Shown here: positions 1 to 9,449 of the stretch, in pieces
How the letters are laid out: the number at the start of each line of letters is the position of its first letter
Position numbering within the stretch: the first letter of the stretch is position 1
Source of the DNA: Microcoleus sp.
Lineage (GTDB): Bacteria; Cyanobacteriota; Cyanobacteriia; Cyanobacteriales; Microcoleaceae
Length of the DNA: 64,000 bases
NCBI GenBank assembly: GCA_042408215.1
Contig: JAYFMW010000017.1
Location: forward strand, 576,001 to 640,000
Direction of reading: 5' to 3'
Notes under the pieces: generated by a model
What the model saw: only the letters and a program-made list of their open reading frames with translations
Told to the model about the DNA's origin: nothing
The model's database searches: none
Position numbers and translations under genes: made by a program

Positions 1-415
1 ACCCAGGTTAGGGTTGTTTCGACACGATGTTGCAAGCTGGGAGCCAGCCACCCTTTAGGGCGATCCCTATTTAGGAACCTCGCTTGACGATAACGAGTAT
101 GACGATTTCTCCGATTCCGACGCAATGAGCGACGAGATTCTAAAGACGATTTAATTGTTTGACCCCGATGGGTTAATTCAGCACCAAAAATTACGTCCTC
201 TCCTTGCACTAATGCGATTCGACTGGTTTGAGAACCCGGATCTATTTTAAGAGTGATTGGTTTTTGGGTTGCTGTCACCTCTACTTTCAGAATTAGCGTG
301 AACGGATACCTTTTTAAAACAGCAGCTTTGCCATTGTTTAGCAATTTACGAGCCAATCCCGGATTGGATTGAGCGGTTGTTTTCTGGTATCAAGTACAAA
401 AACAAAATTAGACAT
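1..415 (-). pseudogene. iscB: IscB (RNA-guided endonuclease), 5' part; continues beyond window edge; frameshifted in PLMP region
   Basis: Minus strand reads MSNFVFVLDTRKQPLNPI / LARKLLNNGKAAV...KIDPGSQTSRIALV...RRSLRRNRRNRHTRYRQARFLNR...GWLAPSLQHRV; near-identical inverted copy of 1535-1950; same frameshift at AATCCAATCCGGGATTGG. Confidence 0.85.
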
Positions 416-419
416 TTAA

Positions 420-663
420 GTCCTCCCTTACGGGGTAATGTTTGCTTCGTCAATGTTTAAGGTCGGTAACTATATTAAAAGCACTGGCTTAACCCTTACA
501 CCTGTTTAACTTTTAATTTCTAGAGCAGAAAACTAGCACGCATTTTCTGGTAGGTACTTTAACGCTTACCTTAAACGTAGTGGGCGAACCACTGAGACTG
601 GTCAACTTGGCGAATTTCTTGCCCCCACTAGATCGGTACTCCGATTAGTGGTGGGTGGTTGAC
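420..663 (-). ncRNA. IscB omegaRNA (HEARO-like) scaffold, copy 1
   Basis: Starts GTCAACCACCC, lies directly upstream of iscB ATG; near-identical to 1287-1530. Confidence 0.8.
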
Positions 664-873
664 CGATTGCTGAGTGCTGCTTTCCTGTGCCGTTTTTTAG
701 CTTTGCTTCTCTTACTATCATTATGGAATGATACCACACTTAATCACTTTTTATCCGATCTAATTCCCAATAAAGAGAGTGTGGCTAAAGCCGTGGAATC
801 GCTTATAGGCGACTAAAGCCACAGCCACGTTCATCCCCATGCCTGAAGTCAGGGGCTGTCCGCTCGTCTTTCG
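664..873 (-). mobile_element. tnpB: IS605-family left end plus first 19 codons of a tnpB, interrupted by the IscB element
   Basis: Minus strand: TTAC (874-877), then hairpin CAGCCCCTGACTTCAGGCATGGGGATG; ATG at 721 gives MIVREAKLKNGTGKQHSAI, a cyanobacterial TnpB-type N-terminus, cut at GTCAAC. Confidence 0.65.
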
Positions 874-1286
874 GTAAGTGTATTTTGGCACCAGCCTGTG
901 CTACAGCCTGGTAAAGACCACTGGTATTGTTACACAAACTCCATTATTTTAATGTAGCAGCACGCCAGCTAGCCGCCATGAGATAAGTCTGTTAAAATAA
1001 GATTACATATATTATAAAACTTGATGTAAGCGATCGCCATATATTTTTGAAAGGTGCTTCTGACCCACAAGGGCTTTGATCTCCGCTGCGCGGAAGGTAC
1101 TCAAAAGCATTGGCAACAAGAATTATAATTTCTACAATCTGAACTCGGCGGTGATCTAACTCCCACAAGTCAAAAGTTTCAAGGTCAGTCAAGACTAGGG
1201 CGTCTGAACTCGACGCCAGCAGCCTTTAGGCGACTTGAGTCCCAGTCTCCCCTTTCCAAAATTCAAAGCTACTGCTTTTCCCAGGT

Positions 1287-1530
1287 GTCAACCACCCACC
1301 ACTAATCGGAGTACCGATCTAGTGGGGGCAAGAAATTCGCCAAGTTGACCAGTCTGAGTGGTTCGCCCACTACGTTTAAGGTAAGCGTTAAAGTACCTAC
1401 CAGAAAATGCGTGCTAGTTTTCTGCTCTAGAAATTAAAAGTTAAACAGGTGTAAGGGTTAAGCCAGTGCTTTTAATATAGTTACCGACCTTAAACATTGA
1501 CGAAGCAAACATTACCCCGTAAGGGAGGAC
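1287..1530 (+). ncRNA. IscB omegaRNA scaffold, copy 2
   Basis: GTCAAC...GTTGACCAG pairing, CTACGTT and AACATTGACGAAG motifs typical of HEARO/omegaRNA, immediately 5' of iscB. Confidence 0.8.
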
Positions 1531-1534
1531 TTAA

Positions 1535-2803
1535 ATGTCTAATTTTGTTTTTGTACTTGATACCAGAAAACAACCGCTCAATCCAATCCGGGATTGGCTC
1601 GTAAATTGCTAAACAATGGCAAAGCTGCTGTTTTAAAAAGGTATCCGTTCACGCTAATTCTGAAAGTAGAGGTGACAGCAACCCAAAAATCAATCACTCT
1701 TAAAATAGACCCAGGCTCTAAGACTACAGGAATCGCATTAGTGCAAGGAGAGAACTTAATCTTTGGTGCAGAACTAACTCACCCCCGGTCAAACAATTAA
1801 AGCCAGTTTGGAGTCTCGCCGTTCATTGCGTCGGAATCGGAGAAATCGTCATACTCGCTATCGTCAAGGGAGGTTCCTAAATAGGGATCGCCCTAAAGGG
1901 TGGCTGGCTCCCAGCTTGCAACATCGTGTCGAAACAACCCTAACCTGGGTAACTAAATTGATGAAGCTCGCCCCCATTGCCTCGATTGTTCAAGAACTTG
2001 TACGGTTCGACTTACAACAATTAGAAAACCCAGAAATTTCGGGAATCGAGTACCAGCAAGGCGTTTTGTGTGGCTATGAGGTTCGGGAATACTTGCTCAA
2101 CAAGTGGGATAGAAAGTGCGCGTATTGTGGTGTTACAAATACACCGCTACAAGTCGAACATATTCATCCTAAAGCTAAGGGTGGTTCTAATCGCATTTCT
2201 AATCTTTGCCTTGCTTGTGAAAGATGCAATAAAAAGAAAGGTACTCAAGGTATTGAGCAATTCTTAGTCAAGAAACCAGACGTTCTGAAGCGCATTCTTG
2301 CACAAGCTAAACGTCCTCTCAAGGATGCAGCAGCCGTCTACTCTACCAGATGGGCATTGTTCAATCGCCTTAAAGAAACGGGATTGCCTGTTTCGAATGG
2401 TTCGGGTGGATTAACTAAGTTCAACCGTACTCGATTGAAACTACCTAAAACCCATTGGCTTGATGCAGCTTGTGTTGGTCAAGTTGAGGAATTGTCCGTG
2501 TTAACAAACAAGCCGTTGTTGATTAAGGCGACGGGACACGGTACTCGACAAATGTGTCGCACGGATAAATTTGGTTTCCCATCTCGCTATGTGCCACGAC
2601 TTAAGTTTGTCAAAGGTTTTCAAACGGGAGATATCGTTAAAGCGATTGTAATCTCCGGCAAGAAAATTGGTAAATACGTTGGACGTGTTGCCGTTAGAAC
2701 GAGTGGTTCATTCAATATTTCCCCATCCGAATTGGTGTCAGGAATTAGTCACAAATATTGTTCAGTTGTTCACCGAAAGGATGGTTATTCGTATGCAGCA
2801 TAA
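1535..2803 (+). pseudogene. iscB: IscB endonuclease with two frameshifts (~1588 and ~1785)
   Basis: PLMP-like N-terminus, RuvC-I IDPGSKTTG, Arg-rich bridge helix, RuvC-II QELVRFD, HNH EHIHPKAKGGSNRISNL..C..CN, RuvC-III HWLDAAC; split over three frames. Confidence 0.9.
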
Positions 2804-2908
2804 ACCTTGCCCCCCTTTTCCTCTCGCCACTGACCTGAGTACAAGCACAGTGCGAGTCTCCAAAGGGGAAAACAGATGACAGTTAGCAACTAGACGGGTA
2901 GTTAATAC

Positions 2909-5900
2909 ATGAAAGCACCCTTGCCTCTTATTAGTAAAAAAGTGTTTAACCTCCACGACATTGACCTGTATCGGCTCCTCGGCTCAGATAAGGAGGCTTG
3001 CTTCGACGATTTGGTGAGCTTGGCTGCTCAGATAAGTCTCACTCCGATCGCCTTTGTCAGCTTGATTGACTCTAACGGCCACCATTGGTTGAAGTCGCAG
3101 ATAGGTGTCGATCGAACTTTTGCTCGTCGCTACCTGAATTTTTGCGCGGCAGCGATCTGCAAAACTGCTGAAGAGTCCGCCCGCGACTGGGACTCAAATT
3201 CCGAATTTGACCTCACATCTTGCATGGTCAGTTTGACTTCAGAGTCGGAATTTCTTGAGACAACATTGGCCGACAGTTGCCTTGAAAAAGACGAAATAGA
3301 AGCAAATTTGAGTTTGATCTCCGATCGAAATATCCGCTTAAGAGACTCGGGGAAAGTCACCGAAAACTCCCCATCTCAAATCAGCATTCCCCCGCAAACA
3401 TCGGTTGCGAGCTCCGGGCCGATCGAGTCTGGATCGCACCGCAAGCCACCGTCGCTGGTCGCGATCGTCCGAGACGCTTCCACAGAAGGGCGATTTGCCA
3501 CTCATCCTCTGGCTTTGAGCCACCCTTTCGTCAAATTTTACGCCGGAATGCCGATCGTCACATCGGACGGGCAGATTCTGGGAGTGATCTCCGTGATGGA
3601 CTGCGTGGCGAGAGACTTGACAAAAGAAGCGCTCAATGCTATGGAAACTTTGAGTCGGCAAGTTTCTAGCTTGATCGAGCTGCGCTGGCAATTATTCAAA
3701 GCCCAGAAAGATACCGCAGAGGTAGAAAAGGCGGCTAGCGACGGGCTGCAAATCTCGGAGTTAGCTCGATCGAACCGGGCAGACTTCTGCGCGGTACAGA
3801 CGCCCAAGGGCGGCAGGAGAATATTTCCGCTGCCGGCCTTGGGCGAGAGCAAATCGCCTGGGTGGGAAACTAATCCAGGTGCGATCGACCGCCTAGTTGC
3901 GGAAACAGGACTGCAACAAAGCGAGCAGCGATATCGGCTGCTGGCAGAGAACTCAACAGATTTAATTTGCAGGCACGCCCCAGACGGCAAGTATCTCTAC
4001 GCTTCCCCAGCGAGCCTGCAATTACTGGGATATGGGCCAGAAGAATTAATCGGATACCGGGCCTCTGAGTTTTGCCACCCCGAAGATCGACTCGCCTTAG
4101 ACAGAGCCCACAAAAATATCCTGAAGGGGTGTGCAGTTCGCGCCCTGAGCTACCGCATCCGCCGGAAAGACGGCAGCTACATCTGGTTTGAAACCACAGC
4201 GCGCCCGATTCGCGACCCCGATACTAAACAAGTCCGAGAAATAGTCGCCGTTTCGCGGGACATCACAGAGCGCAAACAAACGGAAGCCTCGCAGCAGGAG
4301 CGATCGCACCTGTCCACCTTACAAGCTCAAGTCGGTGCAGCCCTGGGACAAGGAGGCACAATCCCGGCAATCCTCAAGCGCTGCACCGAGGCAATGGTAC
4401 AGCACCTTGACGCCACAGGGGCGAGCATCTGGACGTTGAATCCGCAGACAGAGCAGTTAGAGTTGCAGGCTGTTTCAGGCATCAGCAAGGTCGGCTGGGA
4501 AATCACAATACAGCCTTGGATGCTCGGAGAACCAGGAAAACTCCAAACAGCCCCCTTGTCGCCCCTGCCACCTCCCTTCCCCTCTCCCGTCGCCTATCCG
4601 CTGATTGTGGAGGAGCGGTTGGTGGGAGTAATGGCTCTGAGCAGTAGCCACGCTGCAACTCCGGGGGCGCTAGAAGTTCTGGGGTGGATGGCTAACGCGA
4701 TTGCGGTGGCGATCGATCGGGTCAAGGCCAGGGAAGAATTGTTGAGCCGCCGGGAAGGCTTGCTGTTTGGCTTAGCCAGCCAGATGCGGAATTCCCTCGA
4801 CCTCGACAAAATTTTAGATACGGCTGTTAACGAGATTCGCAGCTTGTTGCAGATTGACCAGTGCTACTTTTTATGGTACTCAGTCTCACCCCACAACCAG
4901 CACAGCTTGGCGATGACCCACGAGGCGGTAAATCCAGATTTGAAGCAGCGGCTCGTAGATTATCCGATCGAACAAGTAACGCTGCTGGCAGAGAAAATTT
5001 GTAATCGCCAAACGCTCAGGATCGACGACGTGGGAACAGCATCCTGCATAGAACCGGCAACGCGAGCTTTTTTGACCAGTGTCGGGATTGTTTCTAAGCT
5101 GCTGCTGCCGCTCAAGACTCGCGCCGGTCAAATGGGCGCGGTAGTTTGCAACCATTACAGCGGGTGCCGGGAGTGGGCGGGGAGCGAAGTGGAATTGCTA
5201 CAAGCGGTGGTGGATCAACTGGCGATCGCGATCGACCAAGCTGAACTTTACGCCCAAACCCGCGCGGCCGCCTTGGCAGCTCAAGCTCAAGCCCGCCAGC
5301 TAACGGAAACTTTGCAGCAGTTGCAGCAGAAAGAAGCTCAACTCATCCAAAACGAAAAAATGTCTTCTCTCGGTCAAATGGTCGCCGGTGTCGCCCACGA
5401 AATTAACAATCCAGTTAATTTTATTTACGGCAATTTGACCTACTGCGAGGAATACATGAAGGATCTGCTCGCTCTGCTGCGCCTTTACCAAAAGCACTAT
5501 CCTGAGCCTTGCCAGGAAATTCTAGACAAGTCCGAAGAAGTCGATGTTGATTTCCTAGTCCCGGATTTACTGAAAATTTTGGATTCAATGGAGATGGGAG
5601 CCGAACGCATCCGCCAAATAGTCCTGTCTCTGCGGAACTTCTCGCGACATGACGAAGCCGAGATGAAGCAGGTTGACATTCACGAAGGGATAGACAGCAC
5701 GCTGCTGATTTTGCACAGCCGCTTAAAGTCCAATGGGGCGATTCCGGGAATTGAGCTGATTAAAGACTACGGCGACTTGCCGAAGGTAGAGTGCTACCCC
5801 GGACAGCTCAACCAAGTATTTATGAATGTGATCGGCAACGCGATCGATGCTTTGGAAGGTCAGCCCGCACCCAAGACGATCGAAATTTCGACGACGGTGG

Positions 5901-6190
5901 TAAGCCGAGACTCTCCCTATGGGGTCGAGTCCAAGTCGAGCTGTCAATTTGTGCAGATTCGGATTCGCGACAACGGGTCGGGATTGAGTGAAAAAGCTAA
6001 ATGTCGGTTGTTTGACCCATTTTTTACTACTAAGCCTGTGGGCAAGGGTACGGGGCTGGGCTTGTCCATCAGCTATCAGATTGTGGTGGAAAAACACGGA
6101 GGGAGCTTGAAATGTATCTCGGAACCCGGACAGGGAGCGGAGTTTTGGATTGAAATCCCGATCGCTCCCCCCGCTGCGGCGAAACAGTAA
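2909..6190 (+). CDS. Multi-sensor histidine kinase (GAF-PAS/PAC-GAF-GAF-HisKA-HATPase)
   Basis: GAF (FYAGMPIVTSDG), PAS/PAC (YRIRRKDGSYIWFET, RDITERK), H-box VAHEINNP, G-boxes DNGSG and GKGTGLGL. Confidence 0.9.
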   Translation: MKAPLPLISKKVFNLHDIDLYRLLGSDKEACFDDLVSLAAQISLTPIAFVSLIDSNGHHWLKSQIGVDRTFARRYLNFCAAAICKTAEESARDWDSNSEFDLTSCMVSLTSESEFLETTLADSCLEKDEIEANLSLISDRNIRLRDSGKVTENSPSQISIPPQTSVASSGPIESGSHRKPPSLVAIVRDASTEGRFATHPLALSHPFVKFYAGMPIVTSDGQILGVISVMDCVARDLTKEALNAMETLSRQVSSLIELRWQLFKAQKDTAEVEKAASDGLQISELARSNRADFCAVQTPKGGRRIFPLPALGESKSPGWETNPGAIDRLVAETGLQQSEQRYRLLAENSTDLICRHAPDGKYLYASPASLQLLGYGPEELIGYRASEFCHPEDRLALDRAHKNILKGCAVRALSYRIRRKDGSYIWFETTARPIRDPDTKQVREIVAVSRDITERKQTEASQQERSHLSTLQAQVGAALGQGGTIPAILKRCTEAMVQHLDATGASIWTLNPQTEQLELQAVSGISKVGWEITIQPWMLGEPGKLQTAPLSPLPPPFPSPVAYPLIVEERLVGVMALSSSHAATPGALEVLGWMANAIAVAIDRVKAREELLSRREGLLFGLASQMRNSLDLDKILDTAVNEIRSLLQIDQCYFLWYSVSPHNQHSLAMTHEAVNPDLKQRLVDYPIEQVTLLAEKICNRQTLRIDDVGTASCIEPATRAFLTSVGIVSKLLLPLKTRAGQMGAVVCNHYSGCREWAGSEVELLQAVVDQLAIAIDQAELYAQTRAAALAAQAQARQLTETLQQLQQKEAQLIQNEKMSSLGQMVAGVAHEINNPVNFIYGNLTYCEEYMKDLLALLRLYQKHYPEPCQEILDKSEEVDVDFLVPDLLKILDSMEMGAERIRQIVLSLRNFSRHDEAEMKQVDIHEGIDSTLLILHSRLKSNGAIPGIELIKDYGDLPKVECYPGQLNQVFMNVIGNAIDALEGQPAPKTIEISTTVVSRDSPYGVESKSSCQFVQIRIRDNGSGLSEKAKCRLFDPFFTTKPVGKGTGLGLSISYQIVVEKHGGSLKCISEPGQGAEFWIEIPIAPPAAAKQ

Positions 6191-6292
6191 AATTGCGGGC
6201 GATCGGGCGCGATCGCCATTTTTAAAATTTTATTGTCAAACTACTTGACAAACTACCATGTGGGAATGTTAGTATAGTAAATGTTGAGACGT

Positions 6293-6364
6293 TGGGGCGT
6301 CGCCAAGTGGTAAGGCAGCTGGTTTTGGTCCAGCCATTCAGAGGTTCGAATCCTTTCGCCCCAG
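6293..6364 (+). tRNA. trnQ: tRNA-Gln(TTG)
   Basis: Acceptor stem TGGGGCG/CGCCCCA, anticodon arm GCTGG-TTTTGGT-CCAGC, T-loop GGTTCGAATCC. Confidence 0.95.
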
Positions 6365-6410
6365 TTATAGAGATAAGTTACAGGCTGGAGATCACCTACA
6401 CAATACATCT

Positions 6411-6604
6411 GTAGGGGCGGGTTTTACCGCAAATATATAACTACCGCAAACAATACATATAAACTAGCCCCGACACAAGGGAGTACCCGCATTAAGCTGG
6501 ATTTGTATCAAATGCGAAAAATGTGGATCGCGATTTACCCTTGGGCGGAGGCGGGTTTACTAGGCGATCGATTTTCGGCGATTGTCGGTGAAACCCGCCC
6601 CTAC
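6411..6604. repeat. REP-like GTAG palindromic elements
   Basis: GTAGGGGCGGGTTT... and ...AAACCCGCCCCTAC inverted pairs. Confidence 0.55.
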
Positions 6605-6637
6605 AATCTTGCGACAAATGTATGCGGGGGCGGGTTG

Positions 6638-7849
6638 CTAACGACTTGGCTCGCGAGCATTTAGCCGATCGAAAACATATCGGGAAATCGCAGGAAATAT
6701 CGTTTCGTCCTTGGCATAAGCTGGATCGTCTGCAAAAACTACTAAGATATAAATGGCTTTGTCATCTAAAGTTCTGACAAATGCTGCTTCGCTACGGGAT
6801 TTGGAAGTATAGCCTACTTTAGAACCAAAATAAATATTACTTGGTAAAGATTCGCCGAGAAATCCTTTGATCGGATTCGTAGGGTCTTTTTTCCAGGCTT
6901 TGGGGTCTAAATCTCTGGTAAGCAAGTAAGCCATTTTGCGGCTGGCGATGCTTGAAACGGCTTGTCTGGTATAAATTTCGTAGATTAATCTGGCGGCTTG
7001 GTCAGTAGTTACTTGATTCCGCATGGGCTGGGAAGGATCGCCCTTTAATTGCAAGTCCCGGCCTGCTGGCTGTTCTTGTCTTAAATAGTGTATCGGATAG
7101 TTTTTGGTGGAAAGCATAATATTTGTGTAGCCTGCTGATTGGAAAAACTGATTAATTTGACGACGCTTTGTCAGCCAGGTTTCTAACTCTGTTCCTGTGA
7201 GCTGTCCCCCGGATTTTGTATCTGTAATTGTATCTAAAATGCGGCTGGCTGCGTCGTTGTTGGAAAAGCGGATCATTTGCTCCAAGTCGGAAGTAAAGGC
7301 CGATTCTTTTTGTGTAATTATGCCTTTTTCTAGGGCTGAGTAAAAGGCCGCCATCCAAAAGAATTTGGCAACGCTGGCGGGAAATCTCAGGGTTTGATTT
7401 TGATATCCGGCGAAGGTATGGTTTTGGGAATTGCTGACATCAATTAAACTAATTGATAGGGTTTCTACGGGCAGTTCTTTGGTGGTAGCAATGTTGGCAG
7501 CTTCGTTAACAATCTGTTGTAATTCTTGAGAGTAAATTGGATTGGGAGGTGTTTTGATGTTGTAGGTAAAGGTGCGATCTTCTTGGGCTGCGACCAAATT
7601 TGCCGATGTTTCAGTTGTTGGTGGCGCGATCGTCTCTTGAGGTGAGATAACTGGTGGTTCGGTCGGACGGCGAGATCTGAATGGTATAGTGATGATCCAA
7701 CCGATCGCGATCGCCCCAGCAATTAAGCACAGGATATTACGGTATTTTAACCTAGAGAATTTCGTCCTGACTCGGCGACGGGATTTGACTGGAGGCTTCT
7801 TGCTTTGGTGTCGGGGGTGTATCTGTCGGCGTCGGTTGTCTACTTGCAT
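6638..7849 (-). CDS. Serine hydrolase, class A beta-lactamase-like, N-terminal membrane anchor
   Basis: SxxK (PASVAK), SNN (MIRFSNNDA), KVG triad, TM helix. Confidence 0.8.
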   Translation of the reverse strand: MQVDNRRRQIHPRHQSKKPPVKSRRRVRTKFSRLKYRNILCLIAGAIAIGWIITIPFRSRRPTEPPVISPQETIAPPTTETSANLVAAQEDRTFTYNIKTPPNPIYSQELQQIVNEAANIATTKELPVETLSISLIDVSNSQNHTFAGYQNQTLRFPASVAKFFWMAAFYSALEKGIITQKESAFTSDLEQMIRFSNNDAASRILDTITDTKSGGQLTGTELETWLTKRRQINQFFQSAGYTNIMLSTKNYPIHYLRQEQPAGRDLQLKGDPSQPMRNQVTTDQAARLIYEIYTRQAVSSIASRKMAYLLTRDLDPKAWKKDPTNPIKGFLGESLPSNIYFGSKVGYTSKSRSEAAFVRTLDDKAIYILVVFADDPAYAKDETIFPAISRYVFDRLNAREPSR

Positions 7850-8007
7850 TACAGTGGTGTGGTATCAATCTCGCATGATTAGTTTATAATAAGGCGGCGT
7901 CTAAATGACAACTGCGCCGATCGTCAAGTCCGATACAGCAAGTTTTATATGTCTGCTGGGCGGATTGATGCTTCCAATAAGGGTAAAAATTTTAGGATAG
8001 CACTGAG

Positions 8008-9162
8008 TTGAAGCAACATCCGTTGAAAAACATGAGAATTTTTTTGGGGCTGGCTGTTTTCGGATTGGCGATGAACAGCATTAATAACTTTTCGATGCCT
8101 CTTTTTTCGGTATTTTCATCTCAATCTGTTACTGCTGGGGTTTTGGTCGATCGCAGTTTGAGCGATCGACCAATAGCAGAACACAATGGTAACATCGAGA
8201 CAAATTTGAATCGAGACAGCAGAAAGCTGGAATCAACAAACAACGAAACAGTTCCCACTTTCCCAAGTCTGTTTTGGAACTTTAACAATTTACCTCCAAT
8301 TTCCTATTCCCAATTGCTTGAGGTGCTAACCGGACGATATGAGCAAAATAATATTGCTAGAGAAACCGCTGCACTGCCTGAAGATATAGCACGTTTTGAA
8401 CGAGTTGTACAGTATGCAAAACAACAAAATTTGCCCGATCGCCCGATCGGGGAAATCCTCCAGGCGATCGCCGATAACTTCCTGGGTAAACCCTACGCTG
8501 AGGGCTTGTTGGATAAATCCGGTACAGAAAAATTAGTCATAACTTTAGATCGGTTTGATTGCGTTTTATTCGTAGAAACTGTACTGGCGATCGCCCGGGG
8601 AGTCGCAGTCAAAGATTACGACTACCAAAATTTTGTCGATCGGATAGAATCCCAGCGCTATTTAAACGGTAAACTGAACGGTTATTGCAGTCGCTTACAC
8701 TATTTTTCCGAATGGATTAACGACAATCATAAACGGCAGACTGTAGACAATATTACGGCTCAATTAGGCGGTGTCCCGATGGATAAAAAGCTGAATTTTA
8801 TGAGTCAGCACCGCAGCAGTTACCCGCAAATGAACCAGGATGAAACAACTTATCAGTGCATTGTTGGGGTGGAAACAGATTTAGCAAAATCTACTGTTAA
8901 TTATCTCCCAACAAATCAGATTAAAAGTGTTTATTCTCAGTTAAAACCTGGGGATATTGTGGCGGTAGCTACCGATGTTAAAGGATTGGATGTCACCCAC
9001 ACTGGTTTGGTTTATCGGAATGCTGACGGGAATATTGGTTTGATTCACGCTTCGCCGGCTGGGGAGGTGACGGTTGCTTACGATTTGCACAGGTATATTA
9101 GCAGGGTGGAAAGTGCGATCGGCATTGTGGTAGCTAGGCCGATCGATCCCCGACCAAAATAA
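8008..9162 (+). CDS. DUF1460 / NlpC-P60-like N-acetylmuramoyl-L-alanine amidase
   Basis: FLGKPY, FDCVLFVE catalytic Cys, RLHYFSEW, HTG and IHAS motifs; exact start uncertain. Confidence 0.8.
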   Translation: MKQHPLKNMRIFLGLAVFGLAMNSINNFSMPLFSVFSSQSVTAGVLVDRSLSDRPIAEHNGNIETNLNRDSRKLESTNNETVPTFPSLFWNFNNLPPISYSQLLEVLTGRYEQNNIARETAALPEDIARFERVVQYAKQQNLPDRPIGEILQAIADNFLGKPYAEGLLDKSGTEKLVITLDRFDCVLFVETVLAIARGVAVKDYDYQNFVDRIESQRYLNGKLNGYCSRLHYFSEWINDNHKRQTVDNITAQLGGVPMDKKLNFMSQHRSSYPQMNQDETTYQCIVGVETDLAKSTVNYLPTNQIKSVYSQLKPGDIVAVATDVKGLDVTHTGLVYRNADGNIGLIHASPAGEVTVAYDLHRYISRVESAIGIVVARPIDPRPK

Positions 9163-9220
9163 TCTCTTATATCCGCTATAGACAGGACTTATACCAATTT
9201 TTTATGAGGCTGCATAGAAT

Positions 9221-9303
9221 CTGATCCCCCCTAACCCCCCTTAATAAGGGGGGACAAGATTCCGATCAAAGTCCCCCTTCTTAAGGGGGATTTAGGGGGA
9301 TCG
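9221..9303. repeat. Dispersed palindromic element (CCCCCTTAAGAAGGGGG family)
   Basis: GATCCCCCCTAACCCCCCTTAATAAGGGGGGAC...GTCCCCCTTCTTAAGGGGGATTTAGGGGGATC; related copies near 12810, 36585 and 58612. Confidence 0.75.
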
Positions 9304-9449
9304 AGATATGTGCAACTTCACCTTAAATTGGTATTACGCATCTAAGCAAAGAAACCGGGTTTTTTGCCAGGTGCACCGGGATGTAACGCCTCTTCTCACC
9401 AAAAAAAACCGGTTTCTGACCACCCGTGCGTCCAGGACTAAATCTCAAA

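Larger units (their letters stand above)
1287..2875 (+). mobile_element. IS200/IS605-superfamily IscB element (omegaRNA + iscB, no tnpA)
   Basis: Begins GTCAACCACCC; ends with terminal hairpin (CCCCCTTT...AAAGGGG) followed by ATGA at 2876-2879, an IscB-type TAM. Confidence 0.8.

Noticed and set aside
1808..2803. Cas9 or intact IscB
   Set aside because: Too small for Cas9, no array; the ORF lacks PLMP and RuvC-I because of upstream frameshifts.
6245..6278. Sigma70 promoter for tRNA-Gln (TTGACA...TAGTAT/TATAGT)
   Set aside because: Spacing of 19-22 bp is non-canonical; plausible but not supportable.
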